Source of the DNA: Armatimonadota bacterium
GTDB lineage: Bacteria; Armatimonadota; HRBIN16
Direction: 5' to 3'
Length of the DNA: 64,000 nucleotides
Assembly (NCBI GenBank): GCA_963677485.1
Contig: OY781964.1
Location: 3,712,001 to 3,776,000 of the forward strand
The position numbers and the translations under genes were made by a program. The notes beneath the pieces are model-generated. The model did no database searches. It saw only the letters and a list, made by a program, of their open reading frames with translations, and was not told where the DNA came from. Position 1 is the first letter of the stretch; every line of letters begins with the position of its first letter. Positions 54,102-64,000 of the stretch are shown here, in pieces.

Positions 54102-56774
54102 ATGCCCACCAATGGTCATAAATATCTGAAACCCTATATCCACATCGGGTTCTCACTACTGGTCATGTGCCTATCGCTCGCTGCCGTATGCTCCGCGGAA
54201 CCTGCAGAGAAGACGACACCTTTACAGCCGCACGACGATCTCTATGCGCTGAAGATTGACCAAAACGCGGAGCCGGTGAACTGCCGCACGATGCCCTTCC
54301 TGGCGTGCGCACCTGACAAGCGTGGGCAGACCACTCGCACGCAGATCGGCTCCGAGGAGCGTATCCCTGTGGGTGCGACGGCCAGTCAGATATACCTTCT
54401 TGGCATGATCAACGACGGCTATGACTATGGCACGGGGCCCTGGATGGACCACCCTGAGCTAATCGCCAATCGCAACGACCAGCAGTATGTCGGCCAAAAT
54501 CTGGGCGAGATCGAGATCCGGTATGCTGACGGTAAGTCGGACCGCATCCCTTTCATCATGGGCGCGACCGCCTGGTTTGCTCAGTGGACCTATATGTATC
54601 AGGATCGTGTTATGGTCAGGGAGCCGTTCATCTCGCGGCCAGACTGCGCCCAGGCCTATGCCCGCAGCATGAAGCTTCGCGAAACTGCGAAAGGGGGCAA
54701 CTATCCCGGCCGATACGCGCTCTACTACCTGCCGGTGAAGCCCCGAGCTCAAGTGATCGAATCAATCATCGTTCGAGACAATCCGGCGACGCGTGGTGTG
54801 CCGTTGGTATCGGGAGTCACTCTGGCTGGAGCACATGCCAATAACAACCTGCAGTGGCTGGGCAAAAACAAGGTCGATGCGGAGGACCTGAAACCGACCG
54901 TTGACAGCACCAAAACCAGTGGATGGGCAAAAGACACGAACCGTCTGGCGGCTGCGTTGTATACCCAAGATTCGGATTTACCCAAAAAAGTGGAGCTGCT
55001 GCCATTTCCGAAAGGTCTGGATGCCACTCTCATCCAATTCAAGGGCGACCGTATGGCCGATATGCTCACCAATGTCTGGGTGGCCAACCTGACGCAGATC
55101 GACCGCAAATTCGACAGCAAGAGCGGCTTCTTTCAAGAGACCGAAGCGGACAGTCCGTGGTATAGCGGCTTGATCGGATACGGCGTGTGGGCACCCATCG
55201 GCATCTATTACGGCGGGGCATACGGGCGGAGCTCGGATCACTTTGTGACCCTGGCGCTGCGTGGCTTGAACAATGACCAACGCGCACAGAGCTATGTTGA
55301 CTACTGCGACAGCCGGCTGTACTACTACCGAACCAATCGTGACCCTGACAAGGGTCCGCTGAACGAAGCACTCGACATCACCAAATACCCCAAGGACGCG
55401 CCACCGCATTGGACCTTTGGGCTGCATGAGCAGTATAGCCTGCCGTTCCCTCTGAACGAAATACCGGGTGGTGAGGAGATGGAGGGGCATGGCTCCACCA
55501 TCGTGGGTCGATGGGCTGCCTGGCGGTTGCTCGGTGCGCCGAAGGGTGAGTGGCTGAACGCTCCACGTCCCGGGGTTTATGGCAAGAGTCGCTGGGATTC
55601 CTCGAAAGATGCAGCGGACTTCATCTGCTGGCTGATGGACTACACCGGTCGGGATGTGATCTACACCGAAGGCGAATCGGTGGGCTGGGCCGGACCTTAT
55701 CAGGTCTCGATACCTAAGGGCATGGCCACAGAGACTGACCCTGTGAAGATCAAGCAGAACTACGCCAACGCTGATATGTATTTGCCATATGCCAGCTACG
55801 TGAACTACTCTGCATTACGATGCTCTGCTAACATGGCGGATGCGGTGGGTGACACAACCTCGGCTGCGAAGTGGCGGTCGTATGCCAAGCGGCTGCGTGA
55901 CGGTATGGTGCGGCTGCTCAGGGCAGGGGATACCAACAACTTTACCTGGAAAATGAGCCCCTATTCGTGGTTTTCATCGCAGCAAGATTCGCTTGTGCAG
56001 GCCTGGTTTGCTCAATACCAAGACGGGCTGGATCCCAACAAGTTCGATGCAGAGATGACCGCAATCACCCGCAACACGTTAAAGCAGCAACTATCACAGC
56101 CGTACGGCAAAGCGGCGGTATTGGCCATGGGCTACGGTCAAGGCTGGCTGACACAGTCGGCTTTGGTCTTGGACGACATGGACGCCTCTGGGCCGTTACT
56201 GACCAACATCGCGCGCTTTTCGTATGACAAGAACATGGACTACGTGGATGCCAAACGGGGCATCGACTGGCGAAAGTGGCTGTGGCTGATACCGGAAGGC
56301 ACCAATCTGCTGCCGAACGGGATGTGGCACAGGGTCAGTGATCTGTCCAATGGCGCGAACCAGGGCCCACCCATGCACGCGATAAATAGCTGTGCTGGGG
56401 TGGATGACCTTGACCCTTCTAATATCAAGATACTGCCGCGGGTTCCCGAGCCGATGACGGGCATCAAGGTATCCAACTACTTCGTGATGCTGCCTGAGTG
56501 TGATAAGCTGGTCAAGAGCCGCCTGGCGTTTGAGTTCACACGGCCTGGGCTGTTTACGATGCAGTGTGATCGCGAAATTCCAGAGCTGTCTGTGCGCCTG
56601 GGACCCTTCGACGAGGCCACCGCGAGACGTCGGCTGGAGACGGGTAAACGCCCTCTGGGCAGCACCGTGCGGCTGGATCGCTCGGGCACGTGGCATGGGA
56701 AGGACGCCTGGTGGATCTGGGTGGAGGGCATCAAGCAGGCGCGGTCGGTCGAACTGGATTTTGGGAAAGACTAA
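54102..56774 (+). CDS. Large secreted hypothetical protein, possible (alpha/alpha)6 glycosidase
   Basis: Signal peptide; E.EGHG, AADFICW, ALRCSANMADAVGD...A.KW...A..L; start ATG 54102 after AAGG. Confidence 0.6.
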   Translation: MPTNGHKYLKPYIHIGFSLLVMCLSLAAVCSAEPAEKTTPLQPHDDLYALKIDQNAEPVNCRTMPFLACAPDKRGQTTRTQIGSEERIPVGATASQIYLLGMINDGYDYGTGPWMDHPELIANRNDQQYVGQNLGEIEIRYADGKSDRIPFIMGATAWFAQWTYMYQDRVMVREPFISRPDCAQAYARSMKLRETAKGGNYPGRYALYYLPVKPRAQVIESIIVRDNPATRGVPLVSGVTLAGAHANNNLQWLGKNKVDAEDLKPTVDSTKTSGWAKDTNRLAAALYTQDSDLPKKVELLPFPKGLDATLIQFKGDRMADMLTNVWVANLTQIDRKFDSKSGFFQETEADSPWYSGLIGYGVWAPIGIYYGGAYGRSSDHFVTLALRGLNNDQRAQSYVDYCDSRLYYYRTNRDPDKGPLNEALDITKYPKDAPPHWTFGLHEQYSLPFPLNEIPGGEEMEGHGSTIVGRWAAWRLLGAPKGEWLNAPRPGVYGKSRWDSSKDAADFICWLMDYTGRDVIYTEGESVGWAGPYQVSIPKGMATETDPVKIKQNYANADMYLPYASYVNYSALRCSANMADAVGDTTSAAKWRSYAKRLRDGMVRLLRAGDTNNFTWKMSPYSWFSSQQDSLVQAWFAQYQDGLDPNKFDAEMTAITRNTLKQQLSQPYGKAAVLAMGYGQGWLTQSALVLDDMDASGPLLTNIARFSYDKNMDYVDAKRGIDWRKWLWLIPEGTNLLPNGMWHRVSDLSNGANQGPPMHAINSCAGVDDLDPSNIKILPRVPEPMTGIKVSNYFVMLPECDKLVKSRLAFEFTRPGLFTMQCDREIPELSVRLGPFDEATARRRLETGKRPLGSTVRLDRSGTWHGKDAWWIWVEGIKQARSVELDFGKD

Positions 56775-57992
56775 GTGAGCATGGTGACTCGCACCCCCTG
56801 GGCGGCGGCGGTGCAGCTGCAGCTTGGTCTGGTGATCGCCTGTGCGGCTTTCAACCCGCTGCTGCAGCCGCTGATGGCGAAAGCGTTAAGCCCCTGGAAT
56901 TGGCTGCTGCTTGGTCTGCTGGTGCTGGTTTGCCTGGTATTTGGGTATCTGTGTGCCTCGAAGCCGATCGTGCGCTGGCTGAGCGGGACGCCGTTCGCGG
57001 TGGTCAGCCTGCTGCTGATGTGCCTGCTGGGATTAATTGGCACGATGGTGCTTCAAAAGCCCGAGCTGGGTGGTTTGGCAGCCAGAATCGGCTTGAGGGA
57101 TGTGTTTCACTCCGCGCCCTTCTTTATCGCCTCGTTGATGGCCTTGCTGAACCTGAGCCTGGTGGTTGGACGCAGAATAGCGCAGCCAAAGCCGGGTAAT
57201 GGCGCTTTCTTATGCAACCACATCGGCATGGTGCTGGTGCTGTTGGGCATGATGGCGCAACCCGGTGCGATGCAGGAGGGGATGCTGCAGCTCCATGAAA
57301 GGGAACAGAGTCGTCAGATCATCAGCAAGACTGGCACCACGATGAACCTGCCGGACGCGATGAGCTTGGAAAAGTTCACCGTAAAGCATTACCCACCGAA
57401 GTTGATCATCGGTGAGATGACGGATAGAGGTCCCGCCGATGGGGAGATGGATCCGAAGTGGGCGAATGAGCTGCATACCTATCGTGCACAGGGAATCAGT
57501 GTGACGATACACCAGTATCTGGCGTCTGCGGTGCCCGATGTGCCTCAAGACTGGCGTGATGGAGAGGGTGGGGTGCCCGCGGTCAAGTTGTCCATATCGG
57601 ATGCATCCGGGCAGCAAGGTGACATCTGGCTGGCTCTGACGCCGCAAGCATCGGGCGAGGAGGCACAGGATGCTGTGCTGGTGGGAGAGAACCACTTTGT
57701 GCAGCTCAGCCAGGCTGTTCCCAAGCTGTTCCGCTCCGATCTGCTGGTCAAGCCTGTCGATAAGCCGAAGTATCGGGTCACGTTGGAAGTCAACAAACCA
57801 CTCAGTATGGATGGTTGGATGCTATATCAAAGCTCTTGGGGTGAGGACCAGTTCGGCCGTTATTCGGTGATCATGGCGGTGAAAGATCAGACGGTGCCCG
57901 TGGTTTTCACCGGTCTGGGCATGATGGTGGTCGGTGCCTTCTGGGCACTGTGGAGCCGGCGCGTGATGGCCAGTGTGGAGGTGTCGGCATGA
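56775..57992 (+). CDS. resB: Cytochrome c biogenesis protein ResB/CcsB-like (system II)
   Basis: TM helices, DVFHS..F, FLCNHIG, EVNKPL...GW.LYQSS, C-terminal TM. Confidence 0.8.
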   Translation: MSMVTRTPWAAAVQLQLGLVIACAAFNPLLQPLMAKALSPWNWLLLGLLVLVCLVFGYLCASKPIVRWLSGTPFAVVSLLLMCLLGLIGTMVLQKPELGGLAARIGLRDVFHSAPFFIASLMALLNLSLVVGRRIAQPKPGNGAFLCNHIGMVLVLLGMMAQPGAMQEGMLQLHEREQSRQIISKTGTTMNLPDAMSLEKFTVKHYPPKLIIGEMTDRGPADGEMDPKWANELHTYRAQGISVTIHQYLASAVPDVPQDWRDGEGGVPAVKLSISDASGQQGDIWLALTPQASGEEAQDAVLVGENHFVQLSQAVPKLFRSDLLVKPVDKPKYRVTLEVNKPLSMDGWMLYQSSWGEDQFGRYSVIMAVKDQTVPVVFTGLGMMVVGAFWALWSRRVMASVEVSA

Positions 57993-58795
57993 GCGCCCAT
58001 GGGCCATTCGGCTTGATCGGCTCTGTTCTGCTGGTTTTGTGGCTGCTGGCGTTAGTAGGCTACGCTCTGCCCGTCAAACCCTGGCTGCAGCGTGCGGGTG
58101 CCATCGCCTTTGCCACAGGCGGAGTGGTGGTCTGGGGGTATCTGGGCTGGCTGTGGAAGGTGCTGGAGCGGCTGCCGATGCGCACTCAAGGCGAGACGCG
58201 GCTCTGGTACATGGCGTTCCTGGTGTTGATGGGGCTGGCCATACAGGCCCGGTGGCGGTCACGGGTGCTGGTGGCACCGGCGATTGTGATGACCATGGTG
58301 TTCCTGATCATCACGATGCTCCACCCGGAGAGCCTGGACAAAACGCTGATGCCCGCCTTGAACAGCCCCTGGTTTGCTCCGCATGTGATCGTGTATATGA
58401 TGGCCTATGCGGCCCTGGGCACGGCGGGAGCCGTGTCGGCCTGGGCCTTGATTGTGCTGAAGCGCCGCGGAGCACAAGAAGGTACCGCTCTGGAGCAGAT
58501 GGCACGCAGCCTGGTTTATGTGGGTTTCCCCTTGCTGACCACAGGATTTATCCTGGGGGCGTTCTGGGCGAAGGTCGCCTGGGGCCACTACTGGAGCTGG
58601 GACCCGAAAGAGACCTGGGCGTTCCTCACCTGGGCGGTGTATCTGGCCTACCTACACCTGGACCGCGCCAAGCTGCTCACTACGAAGCTCAGTCTGTGGG
58701 TGGTGTTTGGTGCGTTCATGGTGCTGCTGGTCTGCTGGTTTGGCGTCACCATCCTGCCCAACGCGGCCAGCAGTGTGCATATCTACAGCCAGTAG
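57989..58795 (+). CDS. ccsA: Cytochrome c biogenesis protein CcsA/ResC
   Basis: LMPALNSPWFAPHV, GAFWAKVAWGHYWSWDPKETWA (WWD domain), YLH, SVH.Y. Confidence 0.93.
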   Translation: MSAHGPFGLIGSVLLVLWLLALVGYALPVKPWLQRAGAIAFATGGVVVWGYLGWLWKVLERLPMRTQGETRLWYMAFLVLMGLAIQARWRSRVLVAPAIVMTMVFLIITMLHPESLDKTLMPALNSPWFAPHVIVYMMAYAALGTAGAVSAWALIVLKRRGAQEGTALEQMARSLVYVGFPLLTTGFILGAFWAKVAWGHYWSWDPKETWAFLTWAVYLAYLHLDRAKLLTTKLSLWVVFGAFMVLLVCWFGVTILPNAASSVHIYSQ

Positions 58796-58806
58796 AGTCG
58801 AGTAAA

Positions 58807-59010
58807 TTACTTTCCGTTGGTCAAACCCTTGAAAGTGCCTCTGACGGTTGTTTTAGTCACTTTATTTTTAAGACCGATGTAGATCGCGGTACCCGATGTG
58901 GTTCCAGTCACTGTATTCCCCTGCGGTTTTACGATAACTCGCAAAATGAGGTTTACTGATCCACCGCCCGCTTTGTCGTAGTTGCCGGCAAATGCACCGC
59001 TGACTATTCC
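58807..59010 (-). pseudogene. Start-less 67-codon open frame (possible 3' gene remnant)
   Basis: GIVSGAFAGNYDKAGGGSVNLILRVIVKPQGNTVTGTTSGTAIYIGLKNKVTKTTVRGTFKGLTNGK*; in frame directly after the TAA of 59011-60618. Confidence 0.35.
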
Positions 59011-60618
59011 TTACTTGGTGGATTTGACGAACTCGAAGCTATAAAGGGATGCGCTCTTTAGAGTGAAACGGAACTTCACGCTCCGCCCGGCCAAACCCTT
59101 TAGGCTGCGCGAGCCGCGCCAAGAAAGCTTGGCAGCCAGGTAGTCGCCCTTCTTGATCGCAACAGAGTCCTTTACCGTGTAGCGTGCAATTGGTGTGCCA
59201 CTCGGATCCAGCATCTCCACCTTCACTGAACCTCCCGCCGCCACCACAGTATTAAGCCGAAGCTCAGCGTTCGCCGGCACCTGAAGCGCCGGAGTAGTCC
59301 AAATACCGACTTGCCCAGGCTGATCTGCGATCGCAATGAAGCCGTCGACTCTCATCTGCGTAATGTATGTGGTCATGGAGCGGGTCTTCTCATCCTTACC
59401 ACCATACGAGTTGTGCGGGAAGTCGCGGTACGAATAGAAGAACCAGAGCTTCCCTCCCTGCTCCACCAGAGGCTCCATGAAGATCATGTCGCCGTCCGCC
59501 TCGAAATTGGGGTTGTGACGGGTAAGGGCTATAAGGGATGCACCCTTCGTCTCGGGGTCCGCAAACCAGGTCCTGCTGTCGCGGCTGTAGAGCAACTGAG
59601 GATAGATCGGTCCACTGATCCCCAACGTCTCCGTCCACGAGCTATTGTGGTTATCCCGAGGAGCGTGGAATACGTTGGGTGTAGCGATGAACTGACCGTG
59701 GTAGGCCACGATATTGGTCATATATATGTCATCGCAGTTCTCAGTGATGGGACTATAGAGGAGATTGGGCTTCAGATTATACTCCAGGGGTGCGTTGAGC
59801 AGACCTTTGATAGTTGCTGAACGTTTAGTGGCGCCGCCGCGATATTCGGTCGTGCCCGCGCCAGGGGCTGGACTGCCCGATGCGTTGTACCAATAGCGCA
59901 CCGTGAGGACATACTTCCGCTCTGCGGCGTCCCAGTATATCTGGTTACCACCATCCAGCGCGTAGGCCTTAGTACTGGGCTCGTTGAAGACCAGCACTGG
60001 GGCCGAGAAGTTGATGCCATCTGGCGATGTTTGCACGTAAAGGCGATGGAATGTAGGATCATCGGAATGCCTACTGAGGCACAGATAACGTTCATAGCTC
60101 AGGGCGTTCGGATTCGGGTTAAAATATCCCGTGTCATGATGAACGATGTTGTTCGGCTCAGGGGTGTGGCTGTCGCCCTTGGGGTTCAGAACTGGCTTCT
60201 TCCAGCGGATGCCGTCGCTGCTTTCCGCATAAGACCAGCATATACTGCCATCGACTCGGCTCTTCAGCATGTACCACCAGCGCCATGGGTGTTTCGGATA
60301 CTGGCCGGAATATACTGTGGGGTCGTACGATACCTGACCGTGATTACGGAAGTACCAGTCCTTCTCACAATTTGCCTTGTCCAGGGTCACCAGCGGCCCT
60401 GCGTAAGTCGCTTGACCCACCACGATGCGCGTATTGGTCATCTCCGCGCGCAGCGTCGGATCGGCAGCAAGATACCGTATCCCGATCGCCTGGTCGGACG
60501 TGCGCTCAGGCACCGAAGCGGATGTGCAGCTTGCCACCAGGAAGAGAATACAGGTAGACAGGCATACCGCAGTCGCCGTAACTGGTCTCATAAATACGAT
60601 CATTCTGCTCAGCGGCAT
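59011..60618 (-). CDS. Secreted five-bladed beta-propeller glycosidase-like protein with C-terminal beta-sandwich
   Basis: Signal peptide; YAESSDGIRWKKP, SPDGINF, YSRDSRTW, RVDGF, LN...G.VKVE, L.GRSVKFRF...LYSF. Confidence 0.72.
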   Translation of the reverse strand: MPLSRMIVFMRPVTATAVCLSTCILFLVASCTSASVPERTSDQAIGIRYLAADPTLRAEMTNTRIVVGQATYAGPLVTLDKANCEKDWYFRNHGQVSYDPTVYSGQYPKHPWRWWYMLKSRVDGSICWSYAESSDGIRWKKPVLNPKGDSHTPEPNNIVHHDTGYFNPNPNALSYERYLCLSRHSDDPTFHRLYVQTSPDGINFSAPVLVFNEPSTKAYALDGGNQIYWDAAERKYVLTVRYWYNASGSPAPGAGTTEYRGGATKRSATIKGLLNAPLEYNLKPNLLYSPITENCDDIYMTNIVAYHGQFIATPNVFHAPRDNHNSSWTETLGISGPIYPQLLYSRDSRTWFADPETKGASLIALTRHNPNFEADGDMIFMEPLVEQGGKLWFFYSYRDFPHNSYGGKDEKTRSMTTYITQMRVDGFIAIADQPGQVGIWTTPALQVPANAELRLNTVVAAGGSVKVEMLDPSGTPIARYTVKDSVAIKKGDYLAAKLSWRGSRSLKGLAGRSVKFRFTLKSASLYSFEFVKSTK

Positions 60619-60707
60619 GTTTCCTTCCAACGTGGTTTGTTAGGTGCTTTGTGAGTAGGGTTCCTTAATGCCACGAATAAGACGACCAATATCGAATGCT
60701 GTTTACG

Positions 60708-61457
60708 CTACCGGCGCATCTTGAGCTTGCGCTCCAGGCTGCGGCCAAGTGTCAGCCATCGGTGCATAGGCCCAATTTTGCGAAGGAAACCCAGCCCGAC
60801 ATCCTTGGCTGTGATCTGTATACGGGGCAGGGCGTATGGGTTCATTCCTGCGAACTTCACACCATCGAATATGGCCAGGGCACCGCGGTATCCCGCCTCA
60901 GCGGCGGTTCGCCGTACCAGCCGGTTGTGGCGGCCATACGGGTAACAGAGCGTTTCCGGTGGAAAACCCAGGTTCTGCTGGAATGTCTCACGGGAGATAT
61001 ACAGTTCATCTTCGAGTTCAGACAAGCCGATGTGAGTGAGATCAGCATGCGAGCAGGTATGAGAACCCAGCTCCATACCGTCCGCCAGCCACATCTGAAG
61101 TTGGTCCCAGTTCATCATCCTGCAGCGCGGATTGTTGGGTTTGACTTCAAAGTCGTTCATCAACCCTACCCAGTTGGCGATGGGGAACACCGTACCGTGG
61201 AAGTCAAACGCGGCCATGATGGGCATCGCGTGTGTGTAGTTATCTTCATACCCATCGTCAAAGGTGATGACTACAGGCTTATCGGGTAGGTCGAAACCGC
61301 GGTTGATGGTGTCAATCAACTGAATGACCGAAACCGTCTTATATCCAGCGCGCCATAACAGCTCCATCTGGTGTTGAAACACATCCGGTGGCACACTGTT
61401 GCGATGACCTGGCACATCCGCTATGCTGTGATACATGAGTATGGGCACTCGTTTCAT
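60708..61457 (-). CDS. Polysaccharide deacetylase (CE4, IcaB/PgaB-like)
   Basis: PILMYH, ITFDDGY, GSHT.SH, YPYG, LPRI. Confidence 0.92.
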   Translation of the reverse strand: MKRVPILMYHSIADVPGHRNSVPPDVFQHQMELLWRAGYKTVSVIQLIDTINRGFDLPDKPVVITFDDGYEDNYTHAMPIMAAFDFHGTVFPIANWVGLMNDFEVKPNNPRCRMMNWDQLQMWLADGMELGSHTCSHADLTHIGLSELEDELYISRETFQQNLGFPPETLCYPYGRHNRLVRRTAAEAGYRGALAIFDGVKFAGMNPYALPRIQITAKDVGLGFLRKIGPMHRWLTLGRSLERKLKMRR

Positions 61458-62554
61458 GAGCGGCTATCCCGGGCTGCCGTGTAAATGGGCATCATTTTAT
61501 TCACCATGGCGTCAATGGTGAAATGCTGTTCAATACGCTGCCTGGCAGCCATGCCCATCTGCCTTGCTTCGTCTGGGTGGATGGCCAGCCACACTAAACG
61601 GTCAGCTAATGATTCTTCGTCTTGATAAGGCACCAGAAATCCGGTCTCCCCATCCGCCACTAACTCTGGAACGCCACCTACCGCGTAGGCCACGGTGGGT
61701 TTTCCGCAGGCCATCGCTTCCGCCAGGCTCAATCCAAAGGTCTCGCTAAACGTGGGCAGGGCCACGGCGTCGACCCAGGGAAGTATCTGCGGGATATCCT
61801 GACGGGCTCCCAGGAAGTGAACCCTGTCCGTTACCCCGAGCGTCTGTGCCATCTCTTGGAAATAGCTGAAGAACCGGCCGCCACCGATGAGTATGGCGTG
61901 CCAATCTTTGCAGTTGGGGTTGGATGCTAAAATCTTTATGATTGTGTGGTGGCCTTTGCGATGTTGAGAGAACATCCGGCCGATCAGCCCTATTGTGAAG
62001 GCCTCTGGGGGAATACCCAGTTCAGCGCGTATATTTGGCTCGGTAGGTGTCATCGAAAAGTGTTGAAGCTGCACACCATTCGGAATGGTGGTGAGGAGTT
62101 CCGCCGGGTAGATACCCTCGGCGATGATGTCGTTACGCAGGTAATCGCTGACGCAGATCATCTTGAACGCCTCTCCAAACTGTTGATATTTAACCTGGTG
62201 CCGAAACAGCCTGCCGTGAGCTGTCATCACCCATGGGGTGCGGGCAGCCTTGCATGCTTTGGCGGTGACCACCGCCGCATTCGCCGAGTTGGCATGAACG
62301 ACATCGGGCTTCAACTTGTTTATAAGGCGCCCGAGGAGCATGGTTGAGATACCCACATGAAGGCGGAACGGCACGTAGTGCTGCTCGATGCCGTCTTGCT
62401 CCAACTGTTTGGATATCTGACCACCGCCTGATGCCACACTGACTCTGATCCCTTGTTGAAGCAGTTGCCTGGCCAGCAACGCTGTATATGTTTCAGCCCC
62501 CCCCGCATTTAGACGGGGTACTGTCAACAAAATTTTTAGCGGTTGGCTGAGCAA
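61454..62554 (-). CDS. Glycosyltransferase family 4
   Basis: GGAE, KGH, ETFGLSLAEAMACGKP, VGGVPE. Confidence 0.92.
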   Translation of the reverse strand: MLSQPLKILLTVPRLNAGGAETYTALLARQLLQQGIRVSVASGGGQISKQLEQDGIEQHYVPFRLHVGISTMLLGRLINKLKPDVVHANSANAAVVTAKACKAARTPWVMTAHGRLFRHQVKYQQFGEAFKMICVSDYLRNDIIAEGIYPAELLTTIPNGVQLQHFSMTPTEPNIRAELGIPPEAFTIGLIGRMFSQHRKGHHTIIKILASNPNCKDWHAILIGGGRFFSYFQEMAQTLGVTDRVHFLGARQDIPQILPWVDAVALPTFSETFGLSLAEAMACGKPTVAYAVGGVPELVADGETGFLVPYQDEESLADRLVWLAIHPDEARQMGMAARQRIEQHFTIDAMVNKMMPIYTAARDSRS

Positions 62555-62617
62555 TGGGCGCCCTCATGTAATATTGTCATGCAGATATATATTACAGGAA
62601 TCCGTGTCATAATCATG

Positions 62618-63406
62618 CTACGCATCGGCTGCTGTGATGTGATAGCTGTCACGGCTGCGGTGTACATGAATCGGGGTGTCAAACAGCTCGGTGAGGTTCT
62701 TGCTTGTGAGTATTTGAGATGGGGTCCCATCGTGTAAAATCCGACCGTTTTTCATCGTGACCACGCGGTGGATGTCTGAGGTGATATCGGGCAAATTGTG
62801 CGTGACCAGGATGATTCCGTGCCCAGCATCAGCGATCTGGTGGATGGATTGGCGCAACCTTTGCTGAGCCGCCGGATCGAGGCCGTTGCCTGGCTCGTCC
62901 AGCAGCAGCGTCTCGGGTGAATTCACCAACGCTCTGGTGATCAGAACCCGCCTTATCTGTCCGGTGGAGAGCGTGTTCATCGCCCTGTCCGCCAGGTGAG
63001 CGCATCCCAGCCAATCCATCAGCTCTGCGGATCGCTGCCACATCTCCGCGGTCGCCTCGTGCTGTCGGAACAGTCCCATCGAGCCGAAGAAACCTGACAC
63101 CACCATCTGCTTCACCGAAATATCACGCCAGCACTCGCGCTGTAGTTCACCGGAGACCACGCCCAGATGCTGCCGCAGCTCGAAGACATCCCAGCGCTGC
63201 TGCCCCATGATGGCGGCGTAGCTGTTGCTGTCGGCTATCGGGAACAGTTCGCGTAGGATGGTTTTGATCAGGGTGCTTTTGCCGCAGCCGTTCGGGCCGA
63301 GGATCGCCAGTTTTTCACAGCGATCGATACGCAGGGTCAGACCATCCAGCACGGTTTGACCACCACGCTTCACGGTAATGTTCTCGAAGTGGCACAGAGG
63401 TTCCAT
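62618..63406 (-). CDS. ABC transporter ATP-binding protein (ModF-like)
   Basis: GPNGCGKS, LSTGQ, LLLDEP, VTH. Confidence 0.9.
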   Translation of the reverse strand: MEPLCHFENITVKRGGQTVLDGLTLRIDRCEKLAILGPNGCGKSTLIKTILRELFPIADSNSYAAIMGQQRWDVFELRQHLGVVSGELQRECWRDISVKQMVVSGFFGSMGLFRQHEATAEMWQRSAELMDWLGCAHLADRAMNTLSTGQIRRVLITRALVNSPETLLLDEPGNGLDPAAQQRLRQSIHQIADAGHGIILVTHNLPDITSDIHRVVTMKNGRILHDGTPSQILTSKNLTELFDTPIHVHRSRDSYHITAADA

Positions 63407-63658
63407 GTAAATGATGAGTTCCTTTCAGGTGTGTCTATTTACATTATATGACTCCGTGGTTTGCCGAGGGCGCCTGACACCACAGACTGCATGCATAGGG
63501 TGCCGTGTACCACAAATATGGCATCGAGTGCTATGAAGGAATATGCCTGCATGATACAGTAGAGATAGATCATGCTACTGAGTGGTGTTGGTGCAACGTC
63601 ATTGGTAGGATACCCTCAGAATTGGCCATACGATATAGCTGAACCCAGGAGTGAGAAC

Positions 63659-64000
63659 TTGTACAAAATCAACCCGAAACACTGGAATACCCCGCTTAGC
63701 AAGCCAGACATGGAACACTACTACCGGTTGGTGAAGTGGATACTGCAGTTCTGTCCGAGCCTGCATCAAGACCGGTTGGCCAACCTGGCGATACAGCTAT
63801 ACTTCATGATGACGGATTCGCCTAATAGAGATCAGAGCCCGAATGGGCTGCAGAAGCTTTCGAGTGGCATCTACAATCTGGTGAAGGAGATCACCGCCGG
63901 TTTGCCATATGTGCATGTCGTCATCACCAAAGAGGGGCTGTCTGTAGCCGCCTCGGAGCTGACGCTGCCCGAGGGACTGGAGCAGCCCGTGCTGGTATGG
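63659..64000 (+). CDS. Hypothetical protein, truncated by the window end
   Basis: TTG after AGGAG; frame open to the end (MYKINPKHWNTPLSKPDMEHYYRLVKW...). Confidence 0.55.
   Translation, partial: MYKINPKHWNTPLSKPDMEHYYRLVKWILQFCPSLHQDRLANLAIQLYFMMTDSPNRDQSPNGLQKLSSGIYNLVKEITAGLPYVHVVITKEGLSVAASELTLPEGLEQPVLVW

Noticed and set aside
57973-58959. 328-aa alternative-frame ORF
   Set aside because: Overlaps ccsA; low-complexity Ala/Gly/Arg composition typical of a GC-rich off-frame

Overview
Bacterial chromosomal window, moderately GC-rich. The gene content (DUF6785-type membrane protein, DUF6259 and DUF4838 proteins, many secreted multidomain CAZymes) suggests Armatimonadota or a similar PVC-like lineage; this is inference. 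About 43 CDSs form a carbohydrate-utilisation island: GH2-like, GH36, two beta-propeller GH-like, GH99-like and GH106 enzymes, an esterase and several orphan TIM-barrel or hairpin proteins. Two intracellular catabolic gene sets stand out. (1) 33.5-44.9 kb: a divergent RpiR-controlled cluster joining a Form IV RuBisCO-like protein (RLP), FGGY kinase, xylose-isomerase-like enzyme, ThDP E1alpha/E1beta, E2, LsrF, Rpe, a RhaW-like SDR and a HAD phosphatase. I do not recognise this combination as a described pathway; it fits catabolism of a 5-deoxy or branched pentose. (2) 19.9-25.7 kb: a GntR-associated set of NagA-like deacetylase, ceramidase-like amidohydrolase, DegT aminotransferase and Zn-dehydrogenase, suggesting amino-sugar or aminocyclitol catabolism. 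Also present are a HEPN/MNT pair, a COG1373 ATPase with a palindromic operator, system II cytochrome c maturation genes, GT4/CE4 genes and several palindromic REP/MITE-like elements, including a nested compound one. No rRNA, tRNA, CRISPR array or transposase was seen. All family calls come from motif recognition by eye, not database searches.
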